Shown: positions 51,175 to 61,448, counted from the stretch's first letter. The stretch: 64,000 bases of DNA from an uncultured Chloroflexia bacterium (GCA_963752475.1 CAVVYR010000001.1:197934-261933); one strand, 5' to 3'. Notes: a model not told the origin generated them from the sequence alone. Translations and numbers: made by a program.

Positions 51175-52317
51175 GTGCCGGCGATGTGGCTCACGACGCA
51201 GTTGGACCCAGCCATCTGGCCGACCTACGCCGCCTCGGCCGGGCGCGTGCTGGGCCGCCGGCTTCGCGGTGCTCGGCGCTATCCCGGCGACGCCGAGGCC
51301 ATCTGCCGCGCGGTCGTCGATGCCTGCTGGGACGGGCACCATTACTGCGCCTCGGCCGGACACTTCCGCCAGGCCTGGACCCGGGACCAGGGGTTCGCGG
51401 CGCCGTCTCTCGTACGCCTGGGGCACCGAGACCGCCTGCACGCCAGCCTGGCCTGGATGCTCGATGTCTGGCGCGACAAGGGCCACGTCACCACCACCAT
51501 CATGGGCCGCCGCGCCGCGCGCGACGTGTGGACGTTCGGAGTCGACTCGCTGCCGTTGCTCCTGCACTCGCTCCGCGCGGCGGAGGCGGAGGATCTCGTC
51601 GGAGCCCACGCCGCCTGGCTCAGGGAGGACATCGAACGCTACGCGCTGACCGTGCTCGACCCGGCCACCGGCCTGGTGCGGGACGACCGGGCATTCTCCA
51701 CGCACCGCGACACCCTGCGCTGCCGCTCCAACGCCTACGCCAACACCATGGTGCTCCTGCTGGATCGCCATCTCCGCGAGACCGGCTGGCTACCCTCGCC
51801 GGTCCCGGACGGCCAGGCCGACCGATTTCTCGAGGCCTTCTGGCACGAGGACCACTTCGTCGACCGGCCCGATACCGGGGAGGTCACCGGCGACGGCACC
51901 GTGGCGCCGTTCTTCTTCGGGGTCGTGCCCGATTCACTGGGCCTGCGCTCGGCGCTGGCGGCGGCCGAGGATGCCGGCCTGGCCACTCCCCTCCCGTTGC
52001 GCTACGCCGCCCGCCGGGACCCGTCGGCGGAGGACCCGATGACACGGCGTTTCGTGCCCGATTACCAGGGCACGGCGGTGTGGTCATCGTTGGGCGCGAT
52101 GTACCTGGAGCTGCTGCAGCGCTCCGATCCCGAGGCCGCGCGACCCGTGGCCGAAGCCTACCGGCAGGCCGTCGAACGCGACGGCACCGTCACCGAGGTC
52201 TGGGACGGCCAGCAAGAGGCACTGCGGCCGTATCGCGGCACGTTCAGCATCTTCATCGCTGATGAGGCCATGCTCTGGGGCGCCATCCTGGCGGAGGCCT
52301 TCGGGAAGGACGACTAG
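51175..52317 (+). CDS. putative (alpha/alpha)6-barrel glycoside hydrolase-like protein
   Basis: WTRD motif, DYQGTAVWS and TVTEVW pattern of six-hairpin glycosidases. Confidence 0.55.
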   Translation: MPAMWLTTQLDPAIWPTYAASAGRVLGRRLRGARRYPGDAEAICRAVVDACWDGHHYCASAGHFRQAWTRDQGFAAPSLVRLGHRDRLHASLAWMLDVWRDKGHVTTTIMGRRAARDVWTFGVDSLPLLLHSLRAAEAEDLVGAHAAWLREDIERYALTVLDPATGLVRDDRAFSTHRDTLRCRSNAYANTMVLLLDRHLRETGWLPSPVPDGQADRFLEAFWHEDHFVDRPDTGEVTGDGTVAPFFFGVVPDSLGLRSALAAAEDAGLATPLPLRYAARRDPSAEDPMTRRFVPDYQGTAVWSSLGAMYLELLQRSDPEAARPVAEAYRQAVERDGTVTEVWDGQQEALRPYRGTFSIFIADEAMLWGAILAEAFGKDD

Positions 52318-52342
52318 ACCGCCGGTCTACGATGGGCCACCC

Positions 52343-52486
52343 ATGAAGCTCCATTCCGCGCTCGAGATCGCCCAGCCGACTGCCGAGGCGTTCGCCGTGG
52401 GCTCGACGTACGACCGTGTCGCCCGCCTCTTCGACCGCGACGCGGTCATGAGCCTCGAAGTCCCGGCCGTCGAGCGTGGCCGCTGA
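52343..52486 (+). pseudogene. possible SRPBCC/CoxG N-terminal remnant
   Basis: MKLHSALEIAQPTAEAFA...DRVARL, only 47 aa. Confidence 0.3.
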
Positions 52487-52488
52487 TC

Positions 52489-53967
52489 ATGCGTCCCGTC
52501 ATCGGCGCGACCATCGTGTTTGGCACCAGCGCGGCCGTACTGGCCCTGGAGATCCTCGCGGTGCGACTGTTGGCGCCGCACCTGGGCATCACCATCGAGG
52601 TCACCACCGGCGTGATCGGTACCGTCCTCGCCGGCATCGCCCTCGGCACCTGGGTCGGCGGCCGGATGGCCGACGCGATGGATCCACGGCGCCTGCTGGG
52701 CCCCATCCTCATCCTCGGCGGCGCGCTGGCGCTGGCGGTCATCCCCATGGTCTCGCTCGCCTCGCGCACCGGAGTCAACGCCAGTCCCCAAGGCATCCTC
52801 ATCTATGCCGGCATGGCCTTCTTCCTGCCCGCAGCGGTGCTGTCGGCAGCGAGTCCCACCGTGGTCAAGCTGCAACTGCACCACCTGGGCCAGACGGGCG
52901 CGATCGTCGGCAGCTACTCCGCGATCGGCACGACCGGCGCCATCGTGGGCTCGTTCCTCACGGGCTTCGTGTTGGTGGCAGCGCTGCCGACGCGGCCCAT
53001 CGTCATCGGTATCGGCGTCGCGCTCATGGTCAGCGGTGTGCTCATCACGCGCTGGCTCGGCCGAGCGCGCCCGACGCAGGTCATCATCATCGCCATCGTC
53101 CTGGGGGTCGGCGGCATCGTCTGGTCGCTCGTGTCGCCTGCGCCCTGCCAGCGCGAGAGTGCCTACTTCTGCATCAGCGTCGAAGCCGCCTCCGACGACG
53201 GCCGGGAGCGAGTGCTGGTCATGGATACGCTGCGACATGCCTACGTCGACCTCGATGACCCCACGCACCTGGAGTTCCGCTACACCCGGCTCCTGGGAGA
53301 CATCGCCGATGCCACGGCCCCGGCCGGCGAGCCCATCACCGCGCTGCATCTCGGTGGCGGCGGCTTCACCCTCCCCCGCTACATCGATGCCACGCGGCCG
53401 GGATCACAGCACCGCATCCTCGAGCTGGATCCCGTCGTGCTCGAGGTAGCGCGGGAAGAGCTGGGCTTCGAGACGTCCGAGACCATGGAAGTCGTCATCG
53501 GCGACGGCCGTCTGGGCATCGCCGATGAGCCCGACGATCGGTACGACCTCGTCATCGGCGATGCCTTCGGCGGCGTGTCCGTCCCCTGGCACCTGACCAC
53601 GACCGAGTTCGTCTCAGGAGTCCAGCGAGTGCTGCGGCCTGGCGGTGTCTACGCGGTCAACGTCATCGACTACCCACCGCTGGAACTGGCACGCGCGCAG
53701 CTCGCGACCTTCGAGGAGGTCTTCGATCATGTCGCGGTCCTGGGGCCATCGTCACTCGTGGAGGGACGGAGTGGTGGGAACGTCATCCTGCTCGCCTCGG
53801 ACGAGCCGCTGCCTGCCAAGGCCATCCTCCAAGCCAACAAGGCACACGGCGGGAGCGATGTGCTCCTGGCCGATGCCGCGTCGGTGGCCCGCTTCACCGC
53901 TGACGCACCCATCCTCCGAGACGACTATGCCCCAGCGGACCAGCTGCTGACGCGCTTCGCCTCGTAG
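52489..53967 (+). CDS. fused MFS-like membrane / spermidine synthase-like methyltransferase
   Basis: LALEILAVRLLAP, GAIVGSFLTGF, HLGGGG, ILELDP, GDGR, YDLVIGDAF, LRDDYAP. Confidence 0.88.
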   Translation: MRPVIGATIVFGTSAAVLALEILAVRLLAPHLGITIEVTTGVIGTVLAGIALGTWVGGRMADAMDPRRLLGPILILGGALALAVIPMVSLASRTGVNASPQGILIYAGMAFFLPAAVLSAASPTVVKLQLHHLGQTGAIVGSYSAIGTTGAIVGSFLTGFVLVAALPTRPIVIGIGVALMVSGVLITRWLGRARPTQVIIIAIVLGVGGIVWSLVSPAPCQRESAYFCISVEAASDDGRERVLVMDTLRHAYVDLDDPTHLEFRYTRLLGDIADATAPAGEPITALHLGGGGFTLPRYIDATRPGSQHRILELDPVVLEVAREELGFETSETMEVVIGDGRLGIADEPDDRYDLVIGDAFGGVSVPWHLTTTEFVSGVQRVLRPGGVYAVNVIDYPPLELARAQLATFEEVFDHVAVLGPSSLVEGRSGGNVILLASDEPLPAKAILQANKAHGGSDVLLADAASVARFTADAPILRDDYAPADQLLTRFAS

Positions 53968-54106
53968 GCGAGACGTGACGTACTAACTCTGTACAAACCC
54001 TTGACATGGCTTGCTATTGTTCAGGGACCAGTTGACTCGCGATGGGTCAAGGAGCTCGGTCGTGGATGACGGCGTGGAGCCGTCGATAGCCGAGAGGAAC
54101 AGGAAC

Positions 54107-55192
54107 ATGGATTGGAACTACCCCGCCGGCGCTGGGCCCGAAGGCATCTACGAGATGGGGCGCCGCCTGGCCGAGCACATCGGCCGCCTGCCTGATGCCA
54201 CCACCTTCACCAATGACGCTCGCGAGATGCTGCGGCTCACCCGCCGCGTCGAAGCCGAGGCACGTGGTGGCCGCCTCTTCGTAGGCTTCCAGAACGCGCA
54301 GAAGCTGGAGCTCGAACGGTCCCGGTACGAGGCGCTGGTCGCCGACGGTACGCTGGTCGTCGCCTTTGGCGAAGGGGCGCTCGACCCTCCCATCGATGGA
54401 CTCGAGTACCGCTCGCTGACCACCGATCACTCAAGGCTCGCCAACAACTGGTTCCTGGTGACCGACGCACCCGAACGCGCAGCTTTCGTCAGCTGGGAGG
54501 TCAGCGACGACCCGGCGGCCTTCGGCCAGGGTGGCGCCGCGACACCAGGCAAGGCCTTCGTCGGATTCGTGACCGACGATCCGCTGGTCGTGGCCGAGCT
54601 GGCGAGCACACTCGGCACCTTCGGTCGACCTGCTCCGGCAGTGCCACCGGCCATACCGACGGAGCCCGCGGCCGCGGATCCCGCGAGCCAGGCGCTGGCC
54701 GAGGCAGCCAGACACACCGTCGTGAGCCCCACCGGCGCGGAGCCTGGCGCCGTGGTGCTGGCGCTGCGCCGCGACGATAGCGACCGGACCGTCTACACCG
54801 CCATCTCCATCGCCCACAACGAGCAGCGACGCCTCGTCGTCGTCGACCGCAGTGCAGAAAGCATCTTCGGCATGCCGTATAGCGACCTCCGCGGCGACGA
54901 CGACTTCCGCCCGCGCCCGGATCGTCTCTTTGGCGCCGGCACAGCGGTTCGCGAGGGCCGTGGCCGCACCGCTCGCGTCATCACGGCCGCCAAGGCTCTC
55001 GGGGTCGACGCCGGTGGGTGGTTCCCCACCCGGGCCGGTTCGGACGGCATCGCCGAAGCGGTGAAGCGTTTCGATGGCAGTGTCGTGGTCCTGCCAGAAA
55101 CGGTCCGACAACCGTCCATCGCAGAACGGCTCCGGGGCATGACGCTCGACACGCTGGAGCGGATCGGTGTGCCGCTCGTGGTCGCCGAATAG
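54107..55192 (+). CDS. DICT sensory domain protein with C-terminal USP-like domain
   Basis: TRRVE...LFVGFQ...RY...LANNWFLV (DICT); C-terminal alpha/beta domain ending GVPLVVAE. Confidence 0.65.
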   Translation: MDWNYPAGAGPEGIYEMGRRLAEHIGRLPDATTFTNDAREMLRLTRRVEAEARGGRLFVGFQNAQKLELERSRYEALVADGTLVVAFGEGALDPPIDGLEYRSLTTDHSRLANNWFLVTDAPERAAFVSWEVSDDPAAFGQGGAATPGKAFVGFVTDDPLVVAELASTLGTFGRPAPAVPPAIPTEPAAADPASQALAEAARHTVVSPTGAEPGAVVLALRRDDSDRTVYTAISIAHNEQRRLVVVDRSAESIFGMPYSDLRGDDDFRPRPDRLFGAGTAVREGRGRTARVITAAKALGVDAGGWFPTRAGSDGIAEAVKRFDGSVVVLPETVRQPSIAERLRGMTLDTLERIGVPLVVAE

Positions 55193-55212
55193 GCCACGAG
55201 GAAGGAGCCAGC

Positions 55213-55285
55213 ATGGTGAGCGAGGGAGCCAGCTGGATGAGCAGCCAGGTCATCGCCACGGACGGTGGCCTGTCCGGTAGCGGGC
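55213..55285 (+). pseudogene. SDR C-terminal remnant
   Basis: VSEGASWMSSQVIATDGGLS resembles the SDR tail LxSxxASWxTGQxIxVDGG. Confidence 0.45.
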
Positions 55286-55318
55286 TGCCGACTGCAGCTC
55301 ACGCGTACCATGCGCGCC

Positions 55319-56389
55319 ATGCCCCCCTTCGAACTCGGTCTCTACACGTTCGGTGACATCACCCCGGAGCTGGGCGGTGGCATCACGCCGCAGCAACGGC
55401 TTCTCGACGTCATCGAAGAAGCCCAGCTGGCCGATGAGGTCGGCCTCGATGTCTTCGCCGTCGGCGAGCACCATCGCGAGGACTTCCCCATCTCCGTGCC
55501 TGCCGTCGTGCTCGCAGCCATCGCTGAACGCACGCAGCAGATCCGTCTCTCGAGCTCGGTCAACGTGCTCTCCTCGGACGACCCGATCCGCGTCTTCCAG
55601 CAGTTCGCCACGCTCGACCTGATCAGCGACGGGCGCGCGGAGATCATGGCCGGCCGTGGCTCGTTCACCGAGTCGTTCCCGCTCTTCGGCTACGACCTGC
55701 GCGACTACGACAGCTTGTACGCGGAGAAGCTGGAGCTGCTCTTGCGGATCCGCGAGTCGGAGCTGGTCACCTGGTCCGGCCAGCATCGGCCGCCGATCGA
55801 CGGCCGCGGGGTCTACCCCCGACCGGTGCAGGATCCGCTACCGGTGTGGGTCGCTATCGGCGGGACACCGCAGTCGGCCGTCCGCGCTGGAGCGCTGGGG
55901 CTGCCCTTGGCGCTGGCCATCATCGGCGGCGAGCCGGCGCGTTTCGCACCCTTCGCCCGGCTGCACCGTCGGGCGTCAGAGGACGCCGGTCACGGCCGGC
56001 TCCCGTTCAGCATCAACGCCCACGGGTTCCTCGCCGATGACTCGCAGCAGGCGTCCGACGATGCCTGGCCGGCGGCCCAGCTGCTGATGAACCGCATCGC
56101 GCGGGAGCGAGGCTTCACGCCGTTGACTCGCGAAGGCTACGAGGCCGGCCATCAGCTCCAGGGGCACTCGTTCACCGGCAGCCCGCAGCAGGTCATCGAC
56201 AAGATCCTCTACAACCACGAGATCTTCGAGCACGACCGCTTCCTGATGCAGATCATCGCGGGCTCGATGGATCACGCCAAGGTCATGCACGCCATCGAGC
56301 TCTTGGGCACGAAGGTCGCGCCGGTGGTTCGGGCCGAGATCGCGGCGAAGACGGCCGAGCCCGTCGACAACGATCCGACCGGCGACTGA
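55319..56389 (+). CDS. LLM-class (luciferase-like) flavin-dependent oxidoreductase
   Basis: ELGLYTFGD, VGEHH, SSDDPIRVFQQFATLD, GRGSFTESFPLFG. Confidence 0.92.
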   Translation: MPPFELGLYTFGDITPELGGGITPQQRLLDVIEEAQLADEVGLDVFAVGEHHREDFPISVPAVVLAAIAERTQQIRLSSSVNVLSSDDPIRVFQQFATLDLISDGRAEIMAGRGSFTESFPLFGYDLRDYDSLYAEKLELLLRIRESELVTWSGQHRPPIDGRGVYPRPVQDPLPVWVAIGGTPQSAVRAGALGLPLALAIIGGEPARFAPFARLHRRASEDAGHGRLPFSINAHGFLADDSQQASDDAWPAAQLLMNRIARERGFTPLTREGYEAGHQLQGHSFTGSPQQVIDKILYNHEIFEHDRFLMQIIAGSMDHAKVMHAIELLGTKVAPVVRAEIAAKTAEPVDNDPTGD

Positions 56390-56430
56390 GGTCGACCGCG
56401 GCGAGCGGTGGCCCGGACGAAGGGCCTGGA

Positions 56431-56877
56431 TCAGAGCGCGGAGACGCGGGCCTCGGCACGCTCCTTGAGGGCCGCATCCATGGCCCCGAAGCCGTCGAGC
56501 GTGTGGCTGTCGAGTGACTTGCGCATGAAGCGCACGAGGATGCCGCTGAACTCCTCGGAGTGCTCGAGCGTCGTGCCTCCCTCGCGCTCGGTGAGCTCGA
56601 AGCGATGGCGGCCGTCGAAGATGCCCGGGATGCCCAGCCGACCGAGCCACTCGAACGTCCGCTCGTCCTCCACCTCGGTGACCGTGGGCTTGAAGGTCAT
56701 GCCCCGGCCGCCCGGCGGCTCCAGGCGGTTGACGAGGCGCTCCCCTTTCGCGACCGAGCCGGACGCGGAGACGATGAAGGGGTTCCAGTCGGCGTAGGCA
56801 TCGAGGTCCACGAGCACATCCCAGACGATGCTGGGCGGCGCGTCGATGTCGACGGTGGTCCGAAGGGCGTGGTGCAT
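56431..56877 (-). CDS. SRPBCC (polyketide cyclase/dehydrase-like) protein
   Basis: VDIDAPPSIVWDVLVD..AYADWNPFI, FDGRHRF, ALKERAE; AGGAG RBS. Confidence 0.88.
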   Translation of the reverse strand: MHHALRTTVDIDAPPSIVWDVLVDLDAYADWNPFIVSASGSVAKGERLVNRLEPPGGRGMTFKPTVTEVEDERTFEWLGRLGIPGIFDGRHRFELTEREGGTTLEHSEEFSGILVRFMRKSLDSHTLDGFGAMDAALKERAEARVSAL

Positions 56878-56892
56878 GGGGGCTCCTGCTGT

Positions 56893-56962
56893 AAGCGCAA
56901 CTCGGGTTGCGTTTCGCGGAGTATGCACCACTTCGGCAGCAAACGCAAAACCAATTGCGTTA
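56893..56962. promoter_or_regulatory. two 22-bp palindromic TetR operators
   Basis: AAGCGCAACTCGGGTTGCGTTT (56893-56914) and AAACGCAAAACCAATTGCGTTA (56941-56962) between divergent SRPBCC and tetR genes. Confidence 0.8.
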
Positions 56963-56973
56963 GTCTACGAGGC

Positions 56974-57573
56974 ATGGCGAGGACCAGACAGCGAGTCGGA
57001 CAGAAACGGCCTGGTGGGCGAGCGGCCCGAGTGCGCGCCAGTGCGCTCAAGGCGACGATCGACCTGCTCGAAGAGGTCGGCTACGAGCGATTGACGGTCG
57101 AGGCCGTGGCCGCTCGTGCGGGCGTGCACAAGACGACGGTGTACCGACGCTGGCCGACCAAGGCCGAGCTGGTGCTCGACGCCACGCGCGAGCTCAGCGA
57201 GCAGCGCATCCCGATCCCGGACACCGGCACGCTGCGCGGCGACCTGCAGGCGCTGGGCCGCGGTATCGTGGCCACCATCGGCAGCGAGGCGGGCGGGCGT
57301 CGCTCACGCTCTCTCGTGGCTGCCGCGGCCTCGACACCGGAGCTGGCTGCGGCCATGCACGCGTTCTGGGCCGGACGCCTGGCAGTCACCGAGCCCATCG
57401 TGGAGCGAGCGATCGCGCGCGGCGAGGTGCCTGCCACGGCTGACCCGAACACCATCATCGAGGCGCTCATCGGGCTGCTCTGGATCAGGCTGCTGCTCAC
57501 CGGAGAGGAGATCGACGACTCGGTCGCGGACCGGGTGGCAGCTCTCGTAGCGGCGGGCGCCCGGACTCGGTAG
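56974..57573 (+). CDS. TetR/AcrR-family regulator
   Basis: RPGGR, LTVEAVAARAGVHKTTVYRRWPTK, PDTGTLRGDL. Confidence 0.93.
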   Translation: MARTRQRVGQKRPGGRAARVRASALKATIDLLEEVGYERLTVEAVAARAGVHKTTVYRRWPTKAELVLDATRELSEQRIPIPDTGTLRGDLQALGRGIVATIGSEAGGRRSRSLVAAAASTPELAAAMHAFWAGRLAVTEPIVERAIARGEVPATADPNTIIEALIGLLWIRLLLTGEEIDDSVADRVAALVAAGARTR

Positions 57574-57650
57574 TCGCATCTCCGGCACACTAGCCGCACG
57601 CTCTCCGGTCTCCCCAGCCACCGGAGCCGCCAAGACCGAGGGAGGCTGCG

Positions 57651-58382
57651 TTGCTACAGGACATGGACGGCAAGGTCGTCATCATCACCGGTGCGAGCTC
57701 GGGCATCGGGGCCGAGACGGCACGCCAGCTGGCGACACTGGGCTGCCGACTGACGCTGGCCGCGCGCCAGATCGACAAGCTCGAGGCCCTCGCCGCTGAG
57801 CTCGGCACGGACGTGCTGGCCCTCGAGACCGATGTCACCCAGCGGGACCAGGTCACGGCCATGGTCGACGCCACCATCGAGCGCTTCGGCCGGATCGACG
57901 TGATGTTCGCCAACGCCGGCATCTACTTCCCGGGCAAAGCCATCGAGGGCGATCCCGCGGAGTGGGCCGACCTCATCCGAGTGAACGTCGAGGGCGTCCT
58001 CTATTGCGCCCACGCCGTGCTCGACCAGATGAAGGCGCAGGGATCCGGCGACATCCTCGTCTCCAGCTCCATCTCGGGCCACGTCGACATCGACTGGGAG
58101 CCCATCTATAGCGCTTCCAAGCATGCGGTCCAGTCCTTCGTACACACGCTGCGCCGCCAGGTCGTGCCGCTGGGCTTGCGTGTCGGAGCCATCGCCCCGG
58201 GTCCGGTGGCCACGGAGCTATGGGATCTCACCGATCCCGACGAGATCGCCCGCCTTGCTGACGTCGAGCACAGCTACATGCGGGCCGAGGACGTCGCCCG
58301 AGCCGTGGTCTTCATGCTCTCGCAGCCGCCCTACGTGACCATCCGCGATCTCGTCATCCTGCCGCGAAGCCAGGACATCTAG
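57651..58382 (+). CDS. SDR oxidoreductase, ribitol 2-dehydrogenase-like
   Basis: TGASSGIG, FANAG, SSISG, WEPIYSASKHAVQSFVHTLRRQV. Confidence 0.85.
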   Translation: MLQDMDGKVVIITGASSGIGAETARQLATLGCRLTLAARQIDKLEALAAELGTDVLALETDVTQRDQVTAMVDATIERFGRIDVMFANAGIYFPGKAIEGDPAEWADLIRVNVEGVLYCAHAVLDQMKAQGSGDILVSSSISGHVDIDWEPIYSASKHAVQSFVHTLRRQVVPLGLRVGAIAPGPVATELWDLTDPDEIARLADVEHSYMRAEDVARAVVFMLSQPPYVTIRDLVILPRSQDI

Positions 58383-58412
58383 AACGCCCAATCGACCCAC
58401 GGGGGATCCCAC

Positions 58413-59204
58413 ATGACCGACAAGAACATCATCGACCGCTTCCGCCTGGACGACCGCGTGGCCCTCGTCACGGGCGGCGCCAACGGCATCGGTCGTGGCT
58501 TCGCGCACGCGCTGGGCGAGGCCGGCGCCAAGGTCGCCATCGTGGATATCGACACCGAGGGCAGCGAGACCGTCGCGCAGGAGCTGGCGGCCAAGGGCAT
58601 CGAGGCCATGGTCCTCGATATCGACGTCACGCGACCCGAGCTGATGGACCAGATGGTCGAGCGCATCGTCGACCACTGGGGCTCGCTCACCATCGGCGTC
58701 AACAACGCCGGTATCGCCGAGTGGCACGACGCCGAGACGATGTCGGTCGAGGCGTGGCGCAGGATCATGGATCTCAACCTCGACGGCGTCTTCCGCTGCG
58801 CCCAGGCGGAGGCGGGTTTCATGCTCGAGGCCGGCTACGGCAAGATCATCAACACCGCCTCGATGTCCGCTCACATCGTCAACCACCCCCAACATCAGGC
58901 GGCCTACAACACCTCCAAGGCCGGAGTCCTGCACATGACCCGAAGCCTGGCGGCCGAGTGGGCCACCCGCGGGGTGCGCGTGAACAGCATCAGCCCCACC
59001 TACACGCGCACGAAGCTCGTGGACAACTTCATCAAGGAGCCCGTGGGTGCCGACAAGTACCCGACCTGGATGGAGCGCACACCAATGGGCCGCATGGCCG
59101 AGGTCAGCGATCTCGTCGGCGCCGTCGTCTACCTGGCTGCCGAGGCATCGGACATGATGACCGGCGCCGACCTCGTCATCGACGGCGGCTATCTCGCCTG
59201 GTAG
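58413..59204 (+). CDS. SDR oxidoreductase (sorbose reductase/polyol dehydrogenase-like)
   Basis: [34 protein letters not shown]. Confidence 0.88.
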   Translation: MTDKNIIDRFRLDDRVALVTGGANGIGRGFAHALGEAGAKVAIVDIDTEGSETVAQELAAKGIEAMVLDIDVTRPELMDQMVERIVDHWGSLTIGVNNAGIAEWHDAETMSVEAWRRIMDLNLDGVFRCAQAEAGFMLEAGYGKIINTASMSAHIVNHPQHQAAYNTSKAGVLHMTRSLAAEWATRGVRVNSISPTYTRTKLVDNFIKEPVGADKYPTWMERTPMGRMAEVSDLVGAVVYLAAEASDMMTGADLVIDGGYLAW

Positions 59205-59350
59205 CGCGGAACCGCTGGCGTTGCGGGCGTAGTGGTGCGTGTTCGCCCCCGGCGATCAGTACCTCGACCGGGAGGCCGGATCGGGTCATGGGCGGTCCCA
59301 GAGGGAATCCCTAGCCTGAGGCCAATCATCCAATCCCAAGGGAGGGTTCA

Positions 59351-60473
59351 ATGACCCCCATCAACCTGTCTTCAGGCCGGCGCGCCTTCGCGCTCGTGAC
59401 CTCGGCTGCCCTGTTGGCCTCGCTGGCGGCTGCCACCGTGGCCGCACCGACGGCGGCCAAGGACGTCACTTGCATGGGCAAGGACGTGACCAAGGCGAAG
59501 TTCGTCGGCACCGCGGGAAACGACGTCATCCTGGGCACGCCCGGCAACGACGTCATCCACGGCCGTGGCGGCAACGACCGCATCTTCGGCCGCGGCGGCA
59601 ACGACATCATCTGCGGCGGCACCGGCAACGACCTCATCTCAGGCGCGCAGGGCCGCGACGTCCTCAAGGGCAACGCCGGCAACGACCGCATCTATGGCGG
59701 CACCGGCAACGACCACATGCGCGGCGGCATCGGCAACGACCGGCTGCTTCGGCCGCGGCGGCAACGACGCCATCAACGGCGAGTCCGGCATCGACTGGTG
59801 CGTGCAGGGCGTCGGCGAAGGCCCAGTCCTCAACTGCGAGCTGCCCAAGGCGCAGCCCGAGCCTGATCCTAAGCCCGAGCCTGATCCCAAGCCCGAGCCC
59901 GAGCCCAAGCTGGCCGTGACCGAGGGCCAGCCGAACATGGAAGTTGGCGCGGGTGTGCGCTACAAGGGCCAGCACGGAGGCAATGAGGTCTACCTGGGCC
60001 GCGACCTCGCCAAAACCTATCCCGACAGGGTCGAGCAGGAGGGTCCCAATCAGGGCGGCGTCTGGCCTGACGGCACATACCCCGTCAAGTTCACATTCGA
60101 CAAGGCTGAGAATCGGGTCACGACCGTCGTCGGGGTCACGCCCGTCGTCGCTGGTCCGTCCGAGCTCGTGTACGACTTCGACGATGGTGACAAGGCTCCA
60201 GGCTGCGCTATCGGTGACTGGGACACCATGGGCATCACCGTGGTCGACCGGCTCGCCGACTCCGACGTGTGGCTCAAGGACGCGACCCTCAAGTCGGGCG
60301 GTGACACGTACGACCTCAAGATGAAGTTCTCGGGCCACGATTGGAACTTCTGGACCGTGACCAACGTCGACTTCAGCGAGTCGTTCACCGTCGCCGGCGT
60401 TCTCGTGGTCAACGGCGACTGGGACGGCAATGAGAAGAACAAGGTCGAGATCCTGGTGGGTTGCTCCAAGTAG
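59351..60473 (+). CDS. secreted calcium-binding protein with RTX-type nonapeptide repeats, frameshift near 59747
   Basis: Sec-type signal peptide; GTAGNDVILGTPGNDVIHGRGGND... repeats; C-terminal domain continues in ORF 59565-60473. Confidence 0.8.
59856..59909 (+). repeat. coding tandem repeat (PEPDPK linker)
   Basis: CCCGAGCCTGATCCTAAG / CCCGAGCCTGATCCCAAG / CCCGAGCCCGAGCCCAAG. Confidence 0.8.
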
Positions 60474-60519
60474 CTTCTGACCGGGCTGGCTCGAAGCCTG
60501 ACCCAAGACCTAGAACCAG

Positions 60520-60549
60520 GAGGTCCGTCCCACACGGGGCGGGCCTCTT
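60520..60549 (+). terminator. GC-rich hairpin after the RTX-repeat gene
   Basis: GAGGTCCGTCCC-ACAC-GGGGCGGGCCTC followed by only TT. Confidence 0.5.
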
Positions 60550-60599
60550 GCCATGTCGAAACGTAAGATGTCGCCAATCCATCACTCGAAGGAGTTCAC

Positions 60600-61448
60600 G
60601 TGACGACCCTGCGCCGCCTCGGCCCTGCCGGAGAAGAGACCCCCGTCCTCGAGACCGAGGGCCGGATCCTCGACCTTCGGCCCTTGACCGATGACATCGA
60701 CGGAGACTTCCTCGCCGATGGCGGCATCGCCCGGGCGAAGGAAGCAGCCGAGGAGGGCTACCTGCCGACGCTGGCAGCCGAGGGTCTCCGTGTCGGTGCG
60801 CCGATCCCACGGCCGACGGCCATCATCTGCATCGGCCAGAACTACGCGGCCCACGCCGCCGAGTCCGGCAGCCCGACCCCGACGATGCCCATCGTCTTCT
60901 TCAAGCACCCCAGCTCGATGGTCGGACCCAACGACCCCATCGCCCTGCCGCGCGGTAGCAGCAAGGTCGACTGGGAGGTGGAGTTGGGCATCGTCATCGG
61001 CAAGCGCTCGAGCTATCTCGAGTCCGACGAGGCCGCCATGGACGCGATCGCCGGCTACGTCACCGCGCACGATGTCTCCGATCGCGAGTGGCAGTTCAAC
61101 CACTCCGCGGGCCAGTGGGCGCTGGGCAAGAGCGCCCCGACGTTCTCACCGGTGGGTCCTTGGCTCGTGCCGGCCGACGAGGTCGATCCTGACGCTCTGC
61201 GGCTGTGGTCCACGGTCAACGGTGAGCCACGCCAGGACTCGAGCACCAGCGACCTCATCTTCCCGGTGGCGACGGTCGTGCGGCACCTCTCCCAGTACAT
61301 GATCCTGGAGCCCGGTGACCTCATCAACACGGGCACACCGCAAGGTGTCGCGCTCTCGGGCAAGTACCCCTTCCTCGCGGTCGGCGACGTCGTCGAGATG
61401 GGCGTGGAGGGCCTGGGCCAGCAACGTAGTGAGATCGTCGCGGGCTAG
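60600..61448 (+). CDS. fumarylacetoacetate hydrolase family protein
   Basis: CIGQNYAAH, FFK, VDWEVEL, HDVSDR, GKS, TGTPQGV; AAGGAG RBS. Confidence 0.92.
   Translation: MTTLRRLGPAGEETPVLETEGRILDLRPLTDDIDGDFLADGGIARAKEAAEEGYLPTLAAEGLRVGAPIPRPTAIICIGQNYAAHAAESGSPTPTMPIVFFKHPSSMVGPNDPIALPRGSSKVDWEVELGIVIGKRSSYLESDEAAMDAIAGYVTAHDVSDREWQFNHSAGQWALGKSAPTFSPVGPWLVPADEVDPDALRLWSTVNGEPRQDSSTSDLIFPVATVVRHLSQYMILEPGDLINTGTPQGVALSGKYPFLAVGDVVEMGVEGLGQQRSEIVAG

Noticed and set aside
54001-54030. TTGACA as the -35 of the DICT gene promoter
   Set aside because: No -10-like hexamer at 16-18 nt spacing; TATTGT is only 8 nt away.
59500-59780. RTX toxin or a DNA-level repeat array
   Set aside because: These are coding 27-bp nonapeptide repeats in a Sec-signal protein; there is no toxin domain or T1SS.
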